Shown: positions 1-11,268 of the stretch, piece by piece
Numbering within the stretch: the stretch's first letter is position 1
Layout of the letters: every line of letters starts with the position of its first letter
From: Rebecca billardiae RCC1528
Lineage: Eukaryota > Protista > Haptophyta
Reading direction: 5' to 3'
DNA length: 64,000 nucleotides
Assembly (NCBI GenBank): GCA_965240325.2
Contig: OZ251222.1
Location: 124,001-188,000 of the forward strand
Position numbers and translations under genes: made by a program
Notes under the pieces: model-generated
Database searches by the model: none
Seen by the model: only the letters and a program-made list of their open reading frames with translations
What the model was told of the DNA's origin: nothing

Positions 1-2041
1 GAGCGGACTTGCTCGACGGATTTCTTGATAATGTCCGATGCGCCAATGGGCGACACCTTTGTCGGGTATAACTTCAGGAATTCATCCCTGAGTTCGGACA
101 TAGTTGTGATCTTGAGCTCGCGCTCAAATATCTGTAGCAGCAGCGCCAGATCCAAGTAGTTCTTGGTCGGATCGCTGATGTGCAGCTTCGATTCCAGATA
201 GGCGAATAACTGAGGCTCAATAGAGTCCTTCAGCTGCTTGAATATCGCTGCCGCAGATCGATCGTAGACCGATCCGATCTTGTTGGCGTCAGCGTTGTCA
301 GCCTTGTATGGATCGATTTTGGCTGCGTCTTTCACCCATTTGTCTTTGGCAATGAGTTGAAAGCCGGATAGCTTGCTATCCTTGGGCTCCATTATGTCAG
401 GTGTGACATCTGAGGATTTGCCCTTGTAGTAGGTGCTCACTTCTGCGAGTGCATCCCGTATCGCGCTGTGTACCGCGCGCTTGGATTTCAGAGCCGACTG
501 TGTCAGCTTGTGTGTGGCGGGTGTATCCACTCCTGCCGAGGATTCGCGTGCCATGAACACACGTTCCTTCTTGGTTGGATTAGAGTCTGTGACTCCTCCT
601 TCGATGACTATCCAGTCACGTTTCTTCGACTCAAGTGCATTGGTCGATGTGTCGCGCGCGCTCTGTGGCGATTCGCGCTCTACCTTCGAGCGAGGAGTGA
701 CCCTCGTCGAGGCTGTGGTGCCTTCTTTGGGCTTCTTCACGCTCGTTCTGTCCAGCGGTGATGCATGTGCATCCGCGGCAGCTTCGGCGGAATACTCTTC
801 CTTGCAAGAGTGTGGCGTTGTGATGGCTGACGCAGCTGATGCATGCGCACGCGCGTCGCGCTCGCCAACTTGGTTTTGCTGCGGCTTTGCCGTCAAGCAG
901 GTGTATGATGCCCCCCCTGCATCGTATGCGCTTCCTACGTTCGACGCGAGTCGATACGTGCCAGACGAGGACTCTGCCGTCTCTGCGGCGGTCATCTCGC
1001 GGCTGCTTGTGTCGCTCGTGGCGAGCAGCTCGGCTTCGGAAGCCATCGTGAGGCCTGCGAGGGCCCCGTGAATTTTGGGGTAAACGTATTTGTTGGTCAT
1101 CTCCAAAAATACGATGGGTTTGGTTCGGCCCTGGCAATGAATATTGGGGCTGGTGCTCGCGGTGACTGAGTCACGCGTCGTAGCATCTTGGAGCATAGTT
1201 TGCTCTGCCAGACCATACAGGTCGTTTGAGTCGCACTCATCGGTGCTAATGTCATCGTTCGATCGGTCAGACTCAGACACAGAGTCGTGCGAGCGAGGCT
1301 GCAGACTGACTGCGGTCACGACCGCGCTGTCATTGGCGGCGGCCAGAAGGCCAGCACGCCGAGCAGCGTTGGCAGGCTCGAGGGCCTCGACGGTCGGAGC
1401 GGCATCAGCGGCAGCAGCGTCGAGCGCTACATCTGCCCCGGAACGCTCGGTGACCTCGTTCGATGACTCGGAGGCCGCAAGGCACTCCTTGAGCTGCGGG
1501 CTCTCCGAGCCGCGCGCTCTTGAACCGCGCTCGCGGGCGCAGAGTCCCGGGCGGTAGTTGTTGAGATCCCCTGCGCAACGACGTGCGTGCGGATGGAGTG
1601 GCGCGATGGCGGGGGATGCGAGCGGCAACGCTCCTCCTCACCGCGCTGTGCGCGAACCTCCTCCTCAAGGTGATCCTTGATGTCGGCTCGAGGCCTTGCG
1701 TGCGATGCAGCATTGCGCGCATACGACACGATGCTGCCTGAGTTCAGGTCAGCGATGTTGCCAGGCCCGGAGGCGCTGGAGATGGGCTTGCGGAGAAGCG
1801 TGAGCTTCTCGCCTTGCCGGTTCTTCTCAGCCTGCATGCCCCTCAGGGCAGCGGCGAGGTAGTCTGGCGTGCGCTTGCGCGCGATCGCCGATGAGCAGCG
1901 CGGCAATGCCGCGCGCTCTGCCACGCCTGGCTTCAACCCAATGAGGGGAGCAACTGGGGCGGGCTGATGGCCGTTCACGTCCTTGCCGCTGTTCTCGTCG
2001 TCTCCATCCTTGCCCAAGTTCTCCCAGCACCGTGCTAGCAT
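1..2041 (-). mobile_element. Long interrupted ORF running off the window edge; C-terminal part gag-like (possible LTR retrotransposon)
   Basis: One frame is open from about 1664 to the window edge (...MTNKYVYPKIHG...DRSAAAIFKQLKDSIEPQLFAYLESKLHISDPTKNYLDLALLLQIFERELKITTMSELRDEFLKLYP...). It overlaps ORF 1427-2041 in another frame. Lower GC than host genes; the helical pattern resembles retrotransposon gag. No LTR, PBS or pol identified. Confidence 0.4.
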
Positions 2042-2644
2042 GTCAGGGAACGCGTCTCGAGGCTTGACGGTCGCGAGGTCGGTCGACGGCTTCGGCTCTT
2101 ATTTGCGGTGGAGAGCTCAGCGTGTTTTGAGTGATCGGCTCATGTTTCGTTCACGAGTTTCGGAAGCATCTAGAATGCTTCCAGATGCCGCCGCCAGCCA
2201 TGCTGTCCTGCTGTATTTTAGGATGAGGTTCAGGTTGATTTTGGAGGATTTTGTGCGAGCGCCGCCGCAGCGGTCGCGCCGCCACTGTGTGACTGCGAGT
2301 AAAATGTTGGATTGGAAATTGGAAATCACTGTAGATTGGCGATTCCTTTGACACTATTATTAGTACCGACGGGCGACTCTGAGTCACTCACTGTACTCAG
2401 ATCGTCCGAGTGACCGAGTCCTTGAATTCAGAATCGGCATGCACTGCCGGCCTGCGAGTGCCAGGGCGGCCCGGACTCGGGTTATTATTGAGATACAAGC
2501 TTCTATAGAGCGCGGTGTGCCGTGTTCGCTTGAATCGTAAACGCTGACTCGGCTGACTGGCTGCCGGCGGAGCCTGCCAGCCAGGGCTCGTGGGCCCCGT
2601 GCATTGCAGATAGTGCTCCTGCGCCTCCCAGGGCTAGTGCCTAA

Positions 2645-3085
2645 CTAGTACCCATCGTCCGACCACGTGACTTTGTGGGAGGACAGCTCCTGTTCGCACA
2701 GACGTGCTGCAAGCGCATGGTCTGCCTTGCCAAAGCCGTAAGAGTGACCGTAGATCGACACAGTCTTGGCATCATCGTTGCGGTCGATACGGCCGCCTCC
2801 TGGAATCGAGGTCTGCAGGCCTGCAGCCTTCAGGGCCTCCACGTGCGGCGTGGCCACGTCCACGTGATAGTTCCCAGGGCCGGAACGGACGAGCGTTTTG
2901 GCCACACTCCCATCTGGCGCCATGATGTTGATGAGCACGTACTTGTAGAGGCCGTTCGCAACTTGGACTGCAGGCCACTGGTCCAGGCTGCCAACTGATG
3001 AGGTCGCAGCACGCGCGCCCTCAGCACGCAGCGCAGCAGCACGCGCCTGGTCTTCGGCGTTGGTCGTCGGCCCACTTTCCGCCAT
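2645..3085 (-). CDS. PHPT1: 14-kDa phosphohistidine phosphatase (Janus/Ocnus family)
   Basis: GLYKYVLI...YHVD...GGGRI...IYGHSYGFGKADH...VTWSDDGY family motifs; ATG at 3085. Confidence 0.92.
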   Translation of the reverse strand: MAESGPTTNAEDQARAAALRAEGARAATSSVGSLDQWPAVQVANGLYKYVLINIMAPDGSVAKTLVRSGPGNYHVDVATPHVEALKAAGLQTSIPGGGRIDRNDDAKTVSIYGHSYGFGKADHALAARLCEQELSSHKVTWSDDGY

Positions 3086-3298
3086 TGTGACCACAGGAGC
3101 GAGCCCGAAGTGGCGCGAGCGCGGGTTCAACACGCCGCCGCGCGCGGCGGCTACACACAGGCAGAGCAGCGCCGTGGCGGCGGCGGATCCAGGTCGGGTG
3201 ACAAGACCACGGACTCCGCCGAAGACTTCACTACTGTCTTCAGTGCGCTTTCGGCTTTCCGTCCGGAATTCCGGGGCTCGCCTGCACACGTAATCAGC

Positions 3299-4312
3299 AT
3301 GGCCGGGCAAAACGATGGCCGCTATGTCACACTCCTGATCGCTCTTGCCGGCCCAGCCGCCGGCGTCGTCCCGATGGTGACCCTCTCGAGTGGCCATCGC
3401 ATGCCTGCTCTCGCCTTTGGTACTGCCGATGCCAAGCAGCTCGCCCGCTCTCTGCACCACGCGTTGGGCCGTGGCTTCCGACACGTTGACTCCGCGCCCA
3501 TGTACAATACCGAAGGTGTGGTCGGCCGTCAGCTGCGCAAGGCTTTCGCGGCAGGGCTCGCCCGAAGCGACTTGTGGGTGACATCGAAGCTGAACAACGA
3601 CATGCACGCGCCAGCAGACGTGCCGCGTGCCCTGAACAAGTCGCTTGCCGCCCTCCGCCTGGATTACGTCGACCTGTTCCTCATCCACTGGCCAATCGCG
3701 TCGGATCAGAAGCTGCGGCCCATCCGGGATTTGCGGCGCTGGCCTTCGATCGAGAAGACGTGGAGGGCAATGGAGGGGCTCGTGCGCGCCGGGCTCGCGC
3801 GTAATATTGGCGTAAGCAACTTCGGGCCGAAGCGGCTCCGCGCACTCGTGAGCACGGCCACGATCCGGCCTGCCGTGAACCAGGTGGAGCTCAACCCGTG
3901 CTGGCGGGATGACGCGCTCGTCGCCGAGGCCGCGAGGCTTGGCGTCCATCTGATCGCCTACTCGCCGCTCGGCGGATACTTCCACGGTGGCAAGGCGGGG
4001 CAACGCGTCCACCTGCTACAGCTGCCTGCGGTGACTGAGATTGCGCAGCAATTGGGACGCACACCGGCGCAGGTCGTGCTGAGATGGGGCATCCAGCGCG
4101 GCACGTCCGCTGTGAGCGCATCGAGGAGTCCATCGCACCTGGACAGCAACATTGAGATCGCCGACTTTGCCCTTAGCAGGCAGCAGATGCGCCTGCTGTC
4201 GTCCATCGAGCCACAGCAGCGCTTGACCTCGGCTGGATTCGCGCGCATGATGCTCGGCCACAACCGGACATCACCGCCAACATTGATGACGGTAGACGAG
4301 CTGCTTGCCTAG
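3299..4312 (+). CDS. Aldo-keto reductase
   Basis: GFRHVDSAPMYNTE, LWVTSKL, DYVDLFLIHWP, IGVSNF, PAVNQVELNP, AYSPLG, PAQVVLRW. Confidence 0.93.
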   Translation: MAGQNDGRYVTLLIALAGPAAGVVPMVTLSSGHRMPALAFGTADAKQLARSLHHALGRGFRHVDSAPMYNTEGVVGRQLRKAFAAGLARSDLWVTSKLNNDMHAPADVPRALNKSLAALRLDYVDLFLIHWPIASDQKLRPIRDLRRWPSIEKTWRAMEGLVRAGLARNIGVSNFGPKRLRALVSTATIRPAVNQVELNPCWRDDALVAEAARLGVHLIAYSPLGGYFHGGKAGQRVHLLQLPAVTEIAQQLGRTPAQVVLRWGIQRGTSAVSASRSPSHLDSNIEIADFALSRQQMRLLSSIEPQQRLTSAGFARMMLGHNRTSPPTLMTVDELLA

Positions 4313-4451
4313 CAGTAGCGCCCGTAGCGGCCGTAGCCAGTAGCTGTAGTAGCTAGTATAGCTAGCAGCGCGAGTTGCTGATGCAGTGTAGCGTCGGCTA
4401 GCAACGCTCAGCTGCTGATGATGATGATGACCAGCAGCAGTGTCTGGCAGC

Positions 4452-5785
4452 GGGTGAAAATCCCATTTTCTGGCCTGTCCGGGCGGAAAATCCGGCTGCT
4501 CAGATCTGACCGGACCGGGACCCGGACAGCACAGTATCTAGGGACCAGACACTTTTACATCTTCGTTCTCTTCGGATTTGAGCATGGGGCGGCGCCCCAT
4601 TTGCACAGTCAAAAGACCGCGGGTGTAAAAGCAACCGTTGTCGAGTTCGATGTAGCGGCTGGGCGAATTAGTGAATAAAAAAACAATTCACGAGACACTT
4701 GCGCCCACGGCCGCGATGGCGTGCGCCGTCCACCCACGACGGAGTCGTGGACGGACATCGCTACACAGCCTACGCGACAGGCGTTGTCGTGATCGAGGTG
4801 CCCGTGCCCGTTGTCGATAGCCAAACGATTGGCACGACGACCTGGCACCACATCCGCGTCAAGCGCGGCGAGGCCGTGGTCCAGCGCGTGTGCGGCAAGC
4901 TGGCCGATGTGCGGACGGCGTCGGGTGGCGCAGGGGCTCCTGCCGATGCTACCTGGCGGCTGCTGCGGGGCCTGCTGCCGTGGTCGAGCCTGAGGCAGAG
5001 GGTGAGTCAACCGCGGAGCAGCTCAACGCTTCTGAGATCGAGCTGCGCGCGGTCGGACCAGATGACGGCCCGCGGCCGTCCAAGCGCACACGCAAGGACG
5101 CCTGAGCACACGCGTTCAGTCCGAGCAAAGCCTGGTCGGCGTACGAGCGCGAGCCAGCTCAGACACGGCACGAGCGCACGCGTGACGGCTCGTACGATGA
5201 GCTCGTCAGCTTGGTCACCGGGCTGCCGTCGCTCGTCGCCTCGCTTGTCACGTCACACTCAGCTGAGCAGAGACATCACTCCCGCCGTTCAGCTGATCGA
5301 CGAGGACGAGGCGGCCAAGGCGGCGGCGGCTCAAACGCCTGGAGGAGGAGCGCAGGAGGAGGATGAGCTCCCGGCGCTGAGCCTGTGGGGCCGCGCCGAG
5401 GCCAGGCACCGCGGCCAGCGGCTGCAGTCGCGGGTGGCTGCCGGACAGCAGCTCGGCGGCACACGCTCACTCATACGTCGATCCTCTCTCTTGCTTGAGA
5501 GTCGAGGCGGCGGGCAAGGTGCAGGCCGCACGCGAGCTTGCTGAGCGTGCGCAGGCCGAGCCGCAGCTGAGCCCCGAGGGTGCTCGGGACGCCGCGTGCG
5601 CAAGCAGGCCGCCTCGCAGCAGATGGTGCTTCGCATGAATAACTACGCTGATACTAACCCGAAAAAAATTTCTTCGCACTGCGTGCGCTTTATTCCCTTT
5701 ATTACTTTATTCCTTATTCGCGTATTAAATGCCGCTTTTCCGCCTCCCCAGTGCGGAAGTGCGCCAGAAAATGGGAATCCCACCC
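4452..5785. mobile_element. Non-autonomous TIR DNA transposon with 4-bp TSD (GGG termini; Sola2-like by rule)
   Basis: Left end GGGTGAAAATCCCATTTTCTGGC vs reverse complement of right end GGGTGGGATTCCCATTTTCTGGC; both flanks CAGC (4448-4451, 5786-5789); internal unrecognised ORF 4699-5544. Confidence 0.65.
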
Positions 5786-6079
5786 CAGCCAATGGTCGTT
5801 CAACTTCACGACCTGACTCAGGCGGACCCGTGACTGAATGGCCTCAGCCTCAGGACCGCTGCCACGCTGATATTGATAACTATAATGCAGACTAGGATAA
5901 TAGGATCGCGGAGCAGAGTCTGCTGACGAATAATCTGCCACGAATAATTAATCATTTAATGCGCGCGTGCTGATCAATGATAGACGAGGCATATAGCAGC
6001 GCAGCAGATCTATTAACTGAGAGTAGTAACTTTAGCTTGCAAGTTGCGTCAGAACCGTCAACGCTGTCAAATAATCCTG

Positions 6080-7360
6080 TCACAGAGAGTCTGACACCAT
6101 CCGGACAAGCCGCGAAACACGCAGCCGTAGGAGGATGCGGATGCCCGCGGACGCGAGCATGTTGTACAAGAGCGAGCTCGACATGTACGCAAGGACGAGC
6201 ATCACGCAGCACGAGCGCACGTTGAGCTGCAGATCGTGCATCAGCCGCGGCAGCAGCACGATCGTCGTGGTCGTGCCGATGCCAACGAGCACCGCGCGCG
6301 CCACCTCCTTGCCGAGCAGGTGGCGGTACATCTCGTCACACACCTTGCCGCGGTGCCGGTTGCGCTTGAGCGCGCGCACGGCCCGCCCCAGCTGGATCGC
6401 GACCTGCAGCGCGCACGGCGTCGTCGCGAACAGGTGGTACAGCGCCACGTTGCGCTTGATCTCCGGCGCTTCGCGGAACCACGGCCACACGAGCGCAAGG
6501 TCGCAGCAGTGCATCGAGAGGTGGTACAGGGAGTACGCGCCGACGAGCTGCAGCGCGAAGCGGACGAGGGTGAAGAGGACGTGCGGCACCTGCGGGGAGA
6601 CCCACGTCTGCCGCGACTTGGACGTGGGCGACGGCGCGCCCGCCGTGCGGAACATGTGCTCCGAGCCGATCCGGCTGAGCGTGGTCGCGTTCGCCACGTG
6701 CTCGCAGTTGCGGAAGAAGAGGTGGTACGACTCGTAGTTCTCGAGGAGCGCCGCGAGCCGGCGGATGATCTCGTCGCGCTCGGCCTCGCTGTACCGCCGC
6801 ACGATGCGCAGCAGGCCATGCGGGTGGCGCGAGTCGCTGTAGTCGTGCAAGGGGAGCTGCTTGAACGAAGCGAGGTTCCTGCACAGGTGCATGAAGCCAA
6901 ACTGGCGCATCTGCCTGAACGCCGCCGCGGGGGTGTTGCTGTACTCGCAGATGAGCGCGGGCTCGCCGCACGCGTTGAGCGGGATGCCGTCGGCGTCCAC
7001 GGCCACGACGTCGTCCCACATGATCATGTGGTGGTACAGCGGCCAGAGCTCCCACGTTGCCAGCCACGTGAAAGTGGCGTCGACGAGCCGCGAAACCTTG
7101 CGCACGGGGTTCAGCCCGACCATGCAGTGGTCACCCCGGCGCAGGGTGGTTAGGTCGTGCACGGGCTCCACGAGCGTCTCAGAGTCGACATACAGCCTGT
7201 ACGGCAGTCGCACCCGCGGGTCTTTCGGCGCCCGCTGCGCAAAGCTAGCCACGCGCGTGTTTGGCGACAGCGGCGTGGGCTCGGCATGGGCCGACTTGGA
7301 CCGCGGCAGCGGCTCGTCGCTCGCATCGCGAAAGTCAGCATCGAAGCGGGAGCGCGGCAT
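6080..7360 (-). CDS. LRAT-like (permuted NlpC/P60) protein with C-terminal transmembrane helices
   Basis: LRRGDH...LYHHMI...YHLFFRNCEHVA (LRAT NCEH motif); several hydrophobic segments follow. Confidence 0.7.
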   Translation of the reverse strand: MPRSRFDADFRDASDEPLPRSKSAHAEPTPLSPNTRVASFAQRAPKDPRVRLPYRLYVDSETLVEPVHDLTTLRRGDHCMVGLNPVRKVSRLVDATFTWLATWELWPLYHHMIMWDDVVAVDADGIPLNACGEPALICEYSNTPAAAFRQMRQFGFMHLCRNLASFKQLPLHDYSDSRHPHGLLRIVRRYSEAERDEIIRRLAALLENYESYHLFFRNCEHVANATTLSRIGSEHMFRTAGAPSPTSKSRQTWVSPQVPHVLFTLVRFALQLVGAYSLYHLSMHCCDLALVWPWFREAPEIKRNVALYHLFATTPCALQVAIQLGRAVRALKRNRHRGKVCDEMYRHLLGKEVARAVLVGIGTTTTIVLLPRLMHDLQLNVRSCCVMLVLAYMSSSLLYNMLASAGIRILLRLRVSRLVRMVSDSL

Positions 7361-7553
7361 CTATCCACGCGCGTGCGCCGTGCTGCTCGCCGCCCGCTCC
7401 GCAGGCGATCCCAGGGCTGCGTCTCGACGGCGGATGGTGACGAAATCAAGGTGGCAGGCGATCCAGGCCGGACCGCCGCGCTCTTCCGCCGCCGCCCCGC
7501 GGCCGCCCGGGCCGGGCGTGAGATCGCGACGACGTCGCGTTCGAAACAGGGGG

Positions 7554-9234
7554 ATGGCGGCCGTCACGTGGGCGTGCTGCGCCCTTTGCGTGCTCTGGGC
7601 GCACACGGGCGTGGGTCACGCGCATCGGCTCGATGCACGCCTCATGCGCCCCATCACGCGCCCTCCGCGCACCAGCGTGCTCCTCGCCATCGGCTCACGT
7701 CGTGCGTTTGAGCGCCAGCTCCGCGGGCTCGCCATTCCGGATCGTGAGCTTGACCAATTGGTGCGCGCTCGCACGCACTTGCGCACGCCTCGTGGAACGG
7801 ACGGTGCCCACGCGCCGCGAGCGCACACCACCACGTACCACACGCGCTCAGCCGGGCGTGCGCCCTGCCCGCACTCTCTCCTATGCGCGGCCAATCCCTT
7901 TCGCCGCGACACAGATGACAGCCAAGGTGGGCTCGCTGGCAGATGTGGCCGCACTCTCCGACGACGAGTTGGTTCAGGCGGGAGTGCATAGCAAGCATTG
8001 GAGCGCGTTGAGAGCAGGCGTGTCTCTGCTGCTGATGGAGGCCGGCGAGCTGCCACCGCCGCCGCAGCCGTCGGCGCCAGGCGCGCCCACCCCGGCCTCC
8101 GACGAGGACGATGCTGAGGACTCGGCAGAGCCGACCGACGTGGAGGACGTGGTGATTCGAGCGGACGAGGTGGGCAAGCGGCTGGACGCGCTTCTTGCCA
8201 AGCGCTTCCCCGCGCAGTCGCGCACGTACTTCGGCGCGCTGTGTGCGCAGGGATGCGTGCTCGACAGCGATGGCGCGCCGCTGCCCAAGAGCGCGCGCCT
8301 CAAGCAGGGCGCGACGGCGCGCGTGCTGTTCGCGCCAACCGCCGAGATGGAGGTGGTGCCGCAGCCGATGGATCTGGACGTCCTCTTCGAGGACGAGCAC
8401 CTCCTCGTGCTCAACAAGCCCGCAGGCATCGTCGTCCACCCAGCGCCGGGCAACTGGGACGGCACGCTCGTGAACGGCGTGCTGCACCGGCTGCAGCGGC
8501 CGCCCGTCCGAGCTGACAGCACGGGCAGCGGCGCCGAGGGCGCGACGGGCACGCGTGCGGAGGCAGCGCGCGCGGCCGTGGTCGTGCACCGCCTGGACAA
8601 AGGCACCTCAGGCGTGATCCTCTTCGCCAAGCACGCGGACGCGCAGCGCCGCCTCTCCGCGCTCTTCCGCGACCGCGCCGTGCGCAAGGAGTACCTGGCC
8701 ATCTGTGTCGGCGACCCCGGCCCCGAGCCAATCGAAGTCGACCTGCCGATCGGGCGCGACCGGGTGCATCGGCTGCGCATGGCCGTCGTGCAGACGCATG
8801 ACGGCGGGCGCGATGCGCACTCGCGCGTGTTCAAGCTCGCGTACAACGGCCGCTTCGGCCTGTGCCGCGTCGAGATCAGCACCGGCCGCACCCACCAGAT
8901 CCGAGTGCACCTGCGGCACGCCGGGCTGCCGATTATTGGGGACGCGGAGTACGGCTCGGCGCAATGGAACGCCATGGCGAAGAAGCAGCTGCGCATCAAG
9001 CGACCGATGCTCCACGCGCACCGCATCGGCTTCACCCATCCGTTCACCGACGAGCCCCTTGAGTTCACCGCGCCGCTCCCGGCCGACTTTGAGCGCGGCT
9101 GCGAGTGGATCACCTCGACGCCGGGGGCGGTCGTCGCCGAGGATGACCGGGACAGCGCCGTGCTGGCTGCTGGGGGCGAAGGGGGTCTTGGGGTCGGGGA
9201 GGCAGCGGGGATCGCGGCTCGCGCGGATGAGTGA
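7554..9234 (+). CDS. rluD: RluD/RluA-family pseudouridine synthase with S4 domain, presequence-bearing; intron 7761-7914
   Basis: RLDALLA...SR (S4), VLNKPAGIVVHP, VHRLDKGTSG (catalytic Asp), TGRTHQIRVH, LHAHRIGFTHP; a GT..AG intron joins a signal-peptide exon in frame. Confidence 0.9.
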
Positions 9235-9986
9235 TGCGGATGGCGCGCTGGAGCTTACTGTAAACCGCAAGTGCGGTCAGACTGCGAGGCCTGCGGACCG
9301 GCGTCGTCACAGTCAGTCTGCGGCCGCCCGTGCGGACTGACTCACTACTGAGGCCGGGCCACTCGGTCACTAGCAGCGGCGTGCACACTGCCAATTCGGG
9401 GGCCCCCTTGGTTTGTTTGATCCCGGGGCGGTCAGTCACGGACACCGAACGGGCGCGCGGCGAACATCGGATCCACGACCACTCATGCAGTGACCACTGT
9501 GACAGCGTGTGCCGTGGGCGTGTGGGCGGTGTGCCCCGCCGGCAGACCGGGTCCGGGACCGGGTCCGGCGGCCGGACACGCCACACGGGCGGCCGCGGTA
9601 CTTCCGCGGCTTAGACTGAGACTCCTGAGTCGTCCGACGACTGGTAAGTAGCTAGTAGTACGTCAGAATGCTGAGATCGAGATCATTGGCTGACGACGCG
9701 AGACCGGGCACCTGACTGTCGAGACCGGGTCCGGTCGTCATCGTCGACCGACTCGTCCGACTCCGTACTCCGTAGTCCGTGACTCCGAGACCGAGTCACC
9801 GAGTGCTTGACGTTTGTCCTGAGCCCTGACCAGTAGTCTGATGATCTCGTGCTTGAGTCATGGGGCTGGAATGACGCCGATAACGCGCATGTCGAAGAGC
9901 TCGTAGAGGACCAACAAGCGCTTGCGGCAGCGCCGCTTGCGCATTACTGTCATTGAAGTCCTTGATGAAGTCAAACTTGATGCGCC

Positions 9987-10553
9987 TCACTTTTGTCTTC
10001 CAGCACAGGATGGATGGCAGAGCCCAGGCTGGTCAGATTCCGTTGTGCACGCCCCGCAATCAGCGAACGGAAGGTAGCACGGGGGCGAGAATGTGCCCAT
10101 CGCCGGTTCGAACAGGAGCTGCTTGCCACATTCGGCGCAGCTGCTCCCGTTGAATAGGGCGGTGTACCCCGCCAGCCAGATGAGCAGAGCCCGGAGCGAG
10201 GACCTCAACAAGCGCTCATTAGAAATGAAAGAAACGAGGGCCTGCGTGGCACATGATGTCACTTGTCTCATTACTGCGTGAGCCGAAACATGCCGGGCTC
10301 CAAGCGGCATCGGCTCGTGGAATGCCCCGACTCCCAAGCGTACCGGCGTAGCGCCTGGGACACCATCGTGCTGAGCATGATGATCTAACGTCACCTCCAC
10401 GACGGCGCGAAACACGCCCGCACACGCCACTTCCAGCTCGACATTACCCTCGGCAGTGGGACGCCCATCGGCTAGCTCGTATGTCAGCCCCGAGCCAGCC
10501 GGAATGCTGTCGATGACCTCAGCAACGCGCGAGGTGAGGTCGGACGACTCCAT
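9987..10553 (-). CDS. MED27: Mediator subunit 27-like protein (C-terminal domain only)
   Basis: LLIWLAGYTALFNGSSCAECGKQL...PP...CHPSC matches the Med27 C-terminal Zn-binding signature. Confidence 0.7.
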   Translation of the reverse strand: MESSDLTSRVAEVIDSIPAGSGLTYELADGRPTAEGNVELEVACAGVFRAVVEVTLDHHAQHDGVPGATPVRLGVGAFHEPMPLGARHVSAHAVMRQVTSCATQALVSFISNERLLRSSLRALLIWLAGYTALFNGSSCAECGKQLLFEPAMGTFSPPCYLPFADCGACTTESDQPGLCHPSCAGRQK

Positions 10554-10716
10554 CGTGCCGGGGACGCGTACAACAATTGACAATTGTACCGGAGGTACTC
10601 CGTACTCAGTACCGGTCCGGGACGGGCTTGGTCCGGGGCGTCACCTCGCCAGGCGATGGCGGCGGCATAATATGATGATGTCGTGCGCATCACCATGCCT
10701 TCCCTGCGAAAGAAAC

Positions 10717-11268
10717 ATGGACGTGGTCGTGTACGGCTCTCTCATGTGGGCAGCTGTCCTTCGCGAGATGCTCGGTCGCCTGCCGCGGGCAGAAGCTGCC
10801 GTCATTCCGCACGGCTTCGAAAGGCGCCGGGTGCCTGATCATGCCTTCCCTGCGCTCACTAAGTCCAAGACGCAAAGCTCCCCGGTGCACTGCCTCGTCT
10901 TGCCCGACCTGACCGTGCAGGAGAAGGCCATATTTGACTTGTTCGAGGGTTCGCTGTACACCAAGCAGGAGGTGGAAGCTCTCATCCTCGCCGACGTACA
11001 GGAGCCTTACGAGTGGGCTGTCAGGACACCACCACCAGCACAGCTAGAGCAGCTGGGAGCAGGCGATGCCGTCCGTGCGCGTGCCCTCGCATACGTGTGG
11101 GCGGACCAGTTTGCGCTCGCGGACGAGCTGTGGAGCCCAGAGCACGACTTCACACCCCATCTGCCGAGCTATCTGAACTTGTGCCGCGAATTCGCAAGCG
11201 AACCGCAAGTTGTGCAGCTCAGGCGGGCATCATCCCAGCCACATGCCCACGGGCACGGCGAGAATTGA
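10717..11268 (+). CDS. AIG2-like gamma-glutamylcyclotransferase-fold protein
   Basis: VVVYGSLM...FERRRV...FPAL...IFDLFEGSLY...AYVW. Confidence 0.85.
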   Translation: MDVVVYGSLMWAAVLREMLGRLPRAEAAVIPHGFERRRVPDHAFPALTKSKTQSSPVHCLVLPDLTVQEKAIFDLFEGSLYTKQEVEALILADVQEPYEWAVRTPPPAQLEQLGAGDAVRARALAYVWADQFALADELWSPEHDFTPHLPSYLNLCREFASEPQVVQLRRASSQPHAHGHGEN

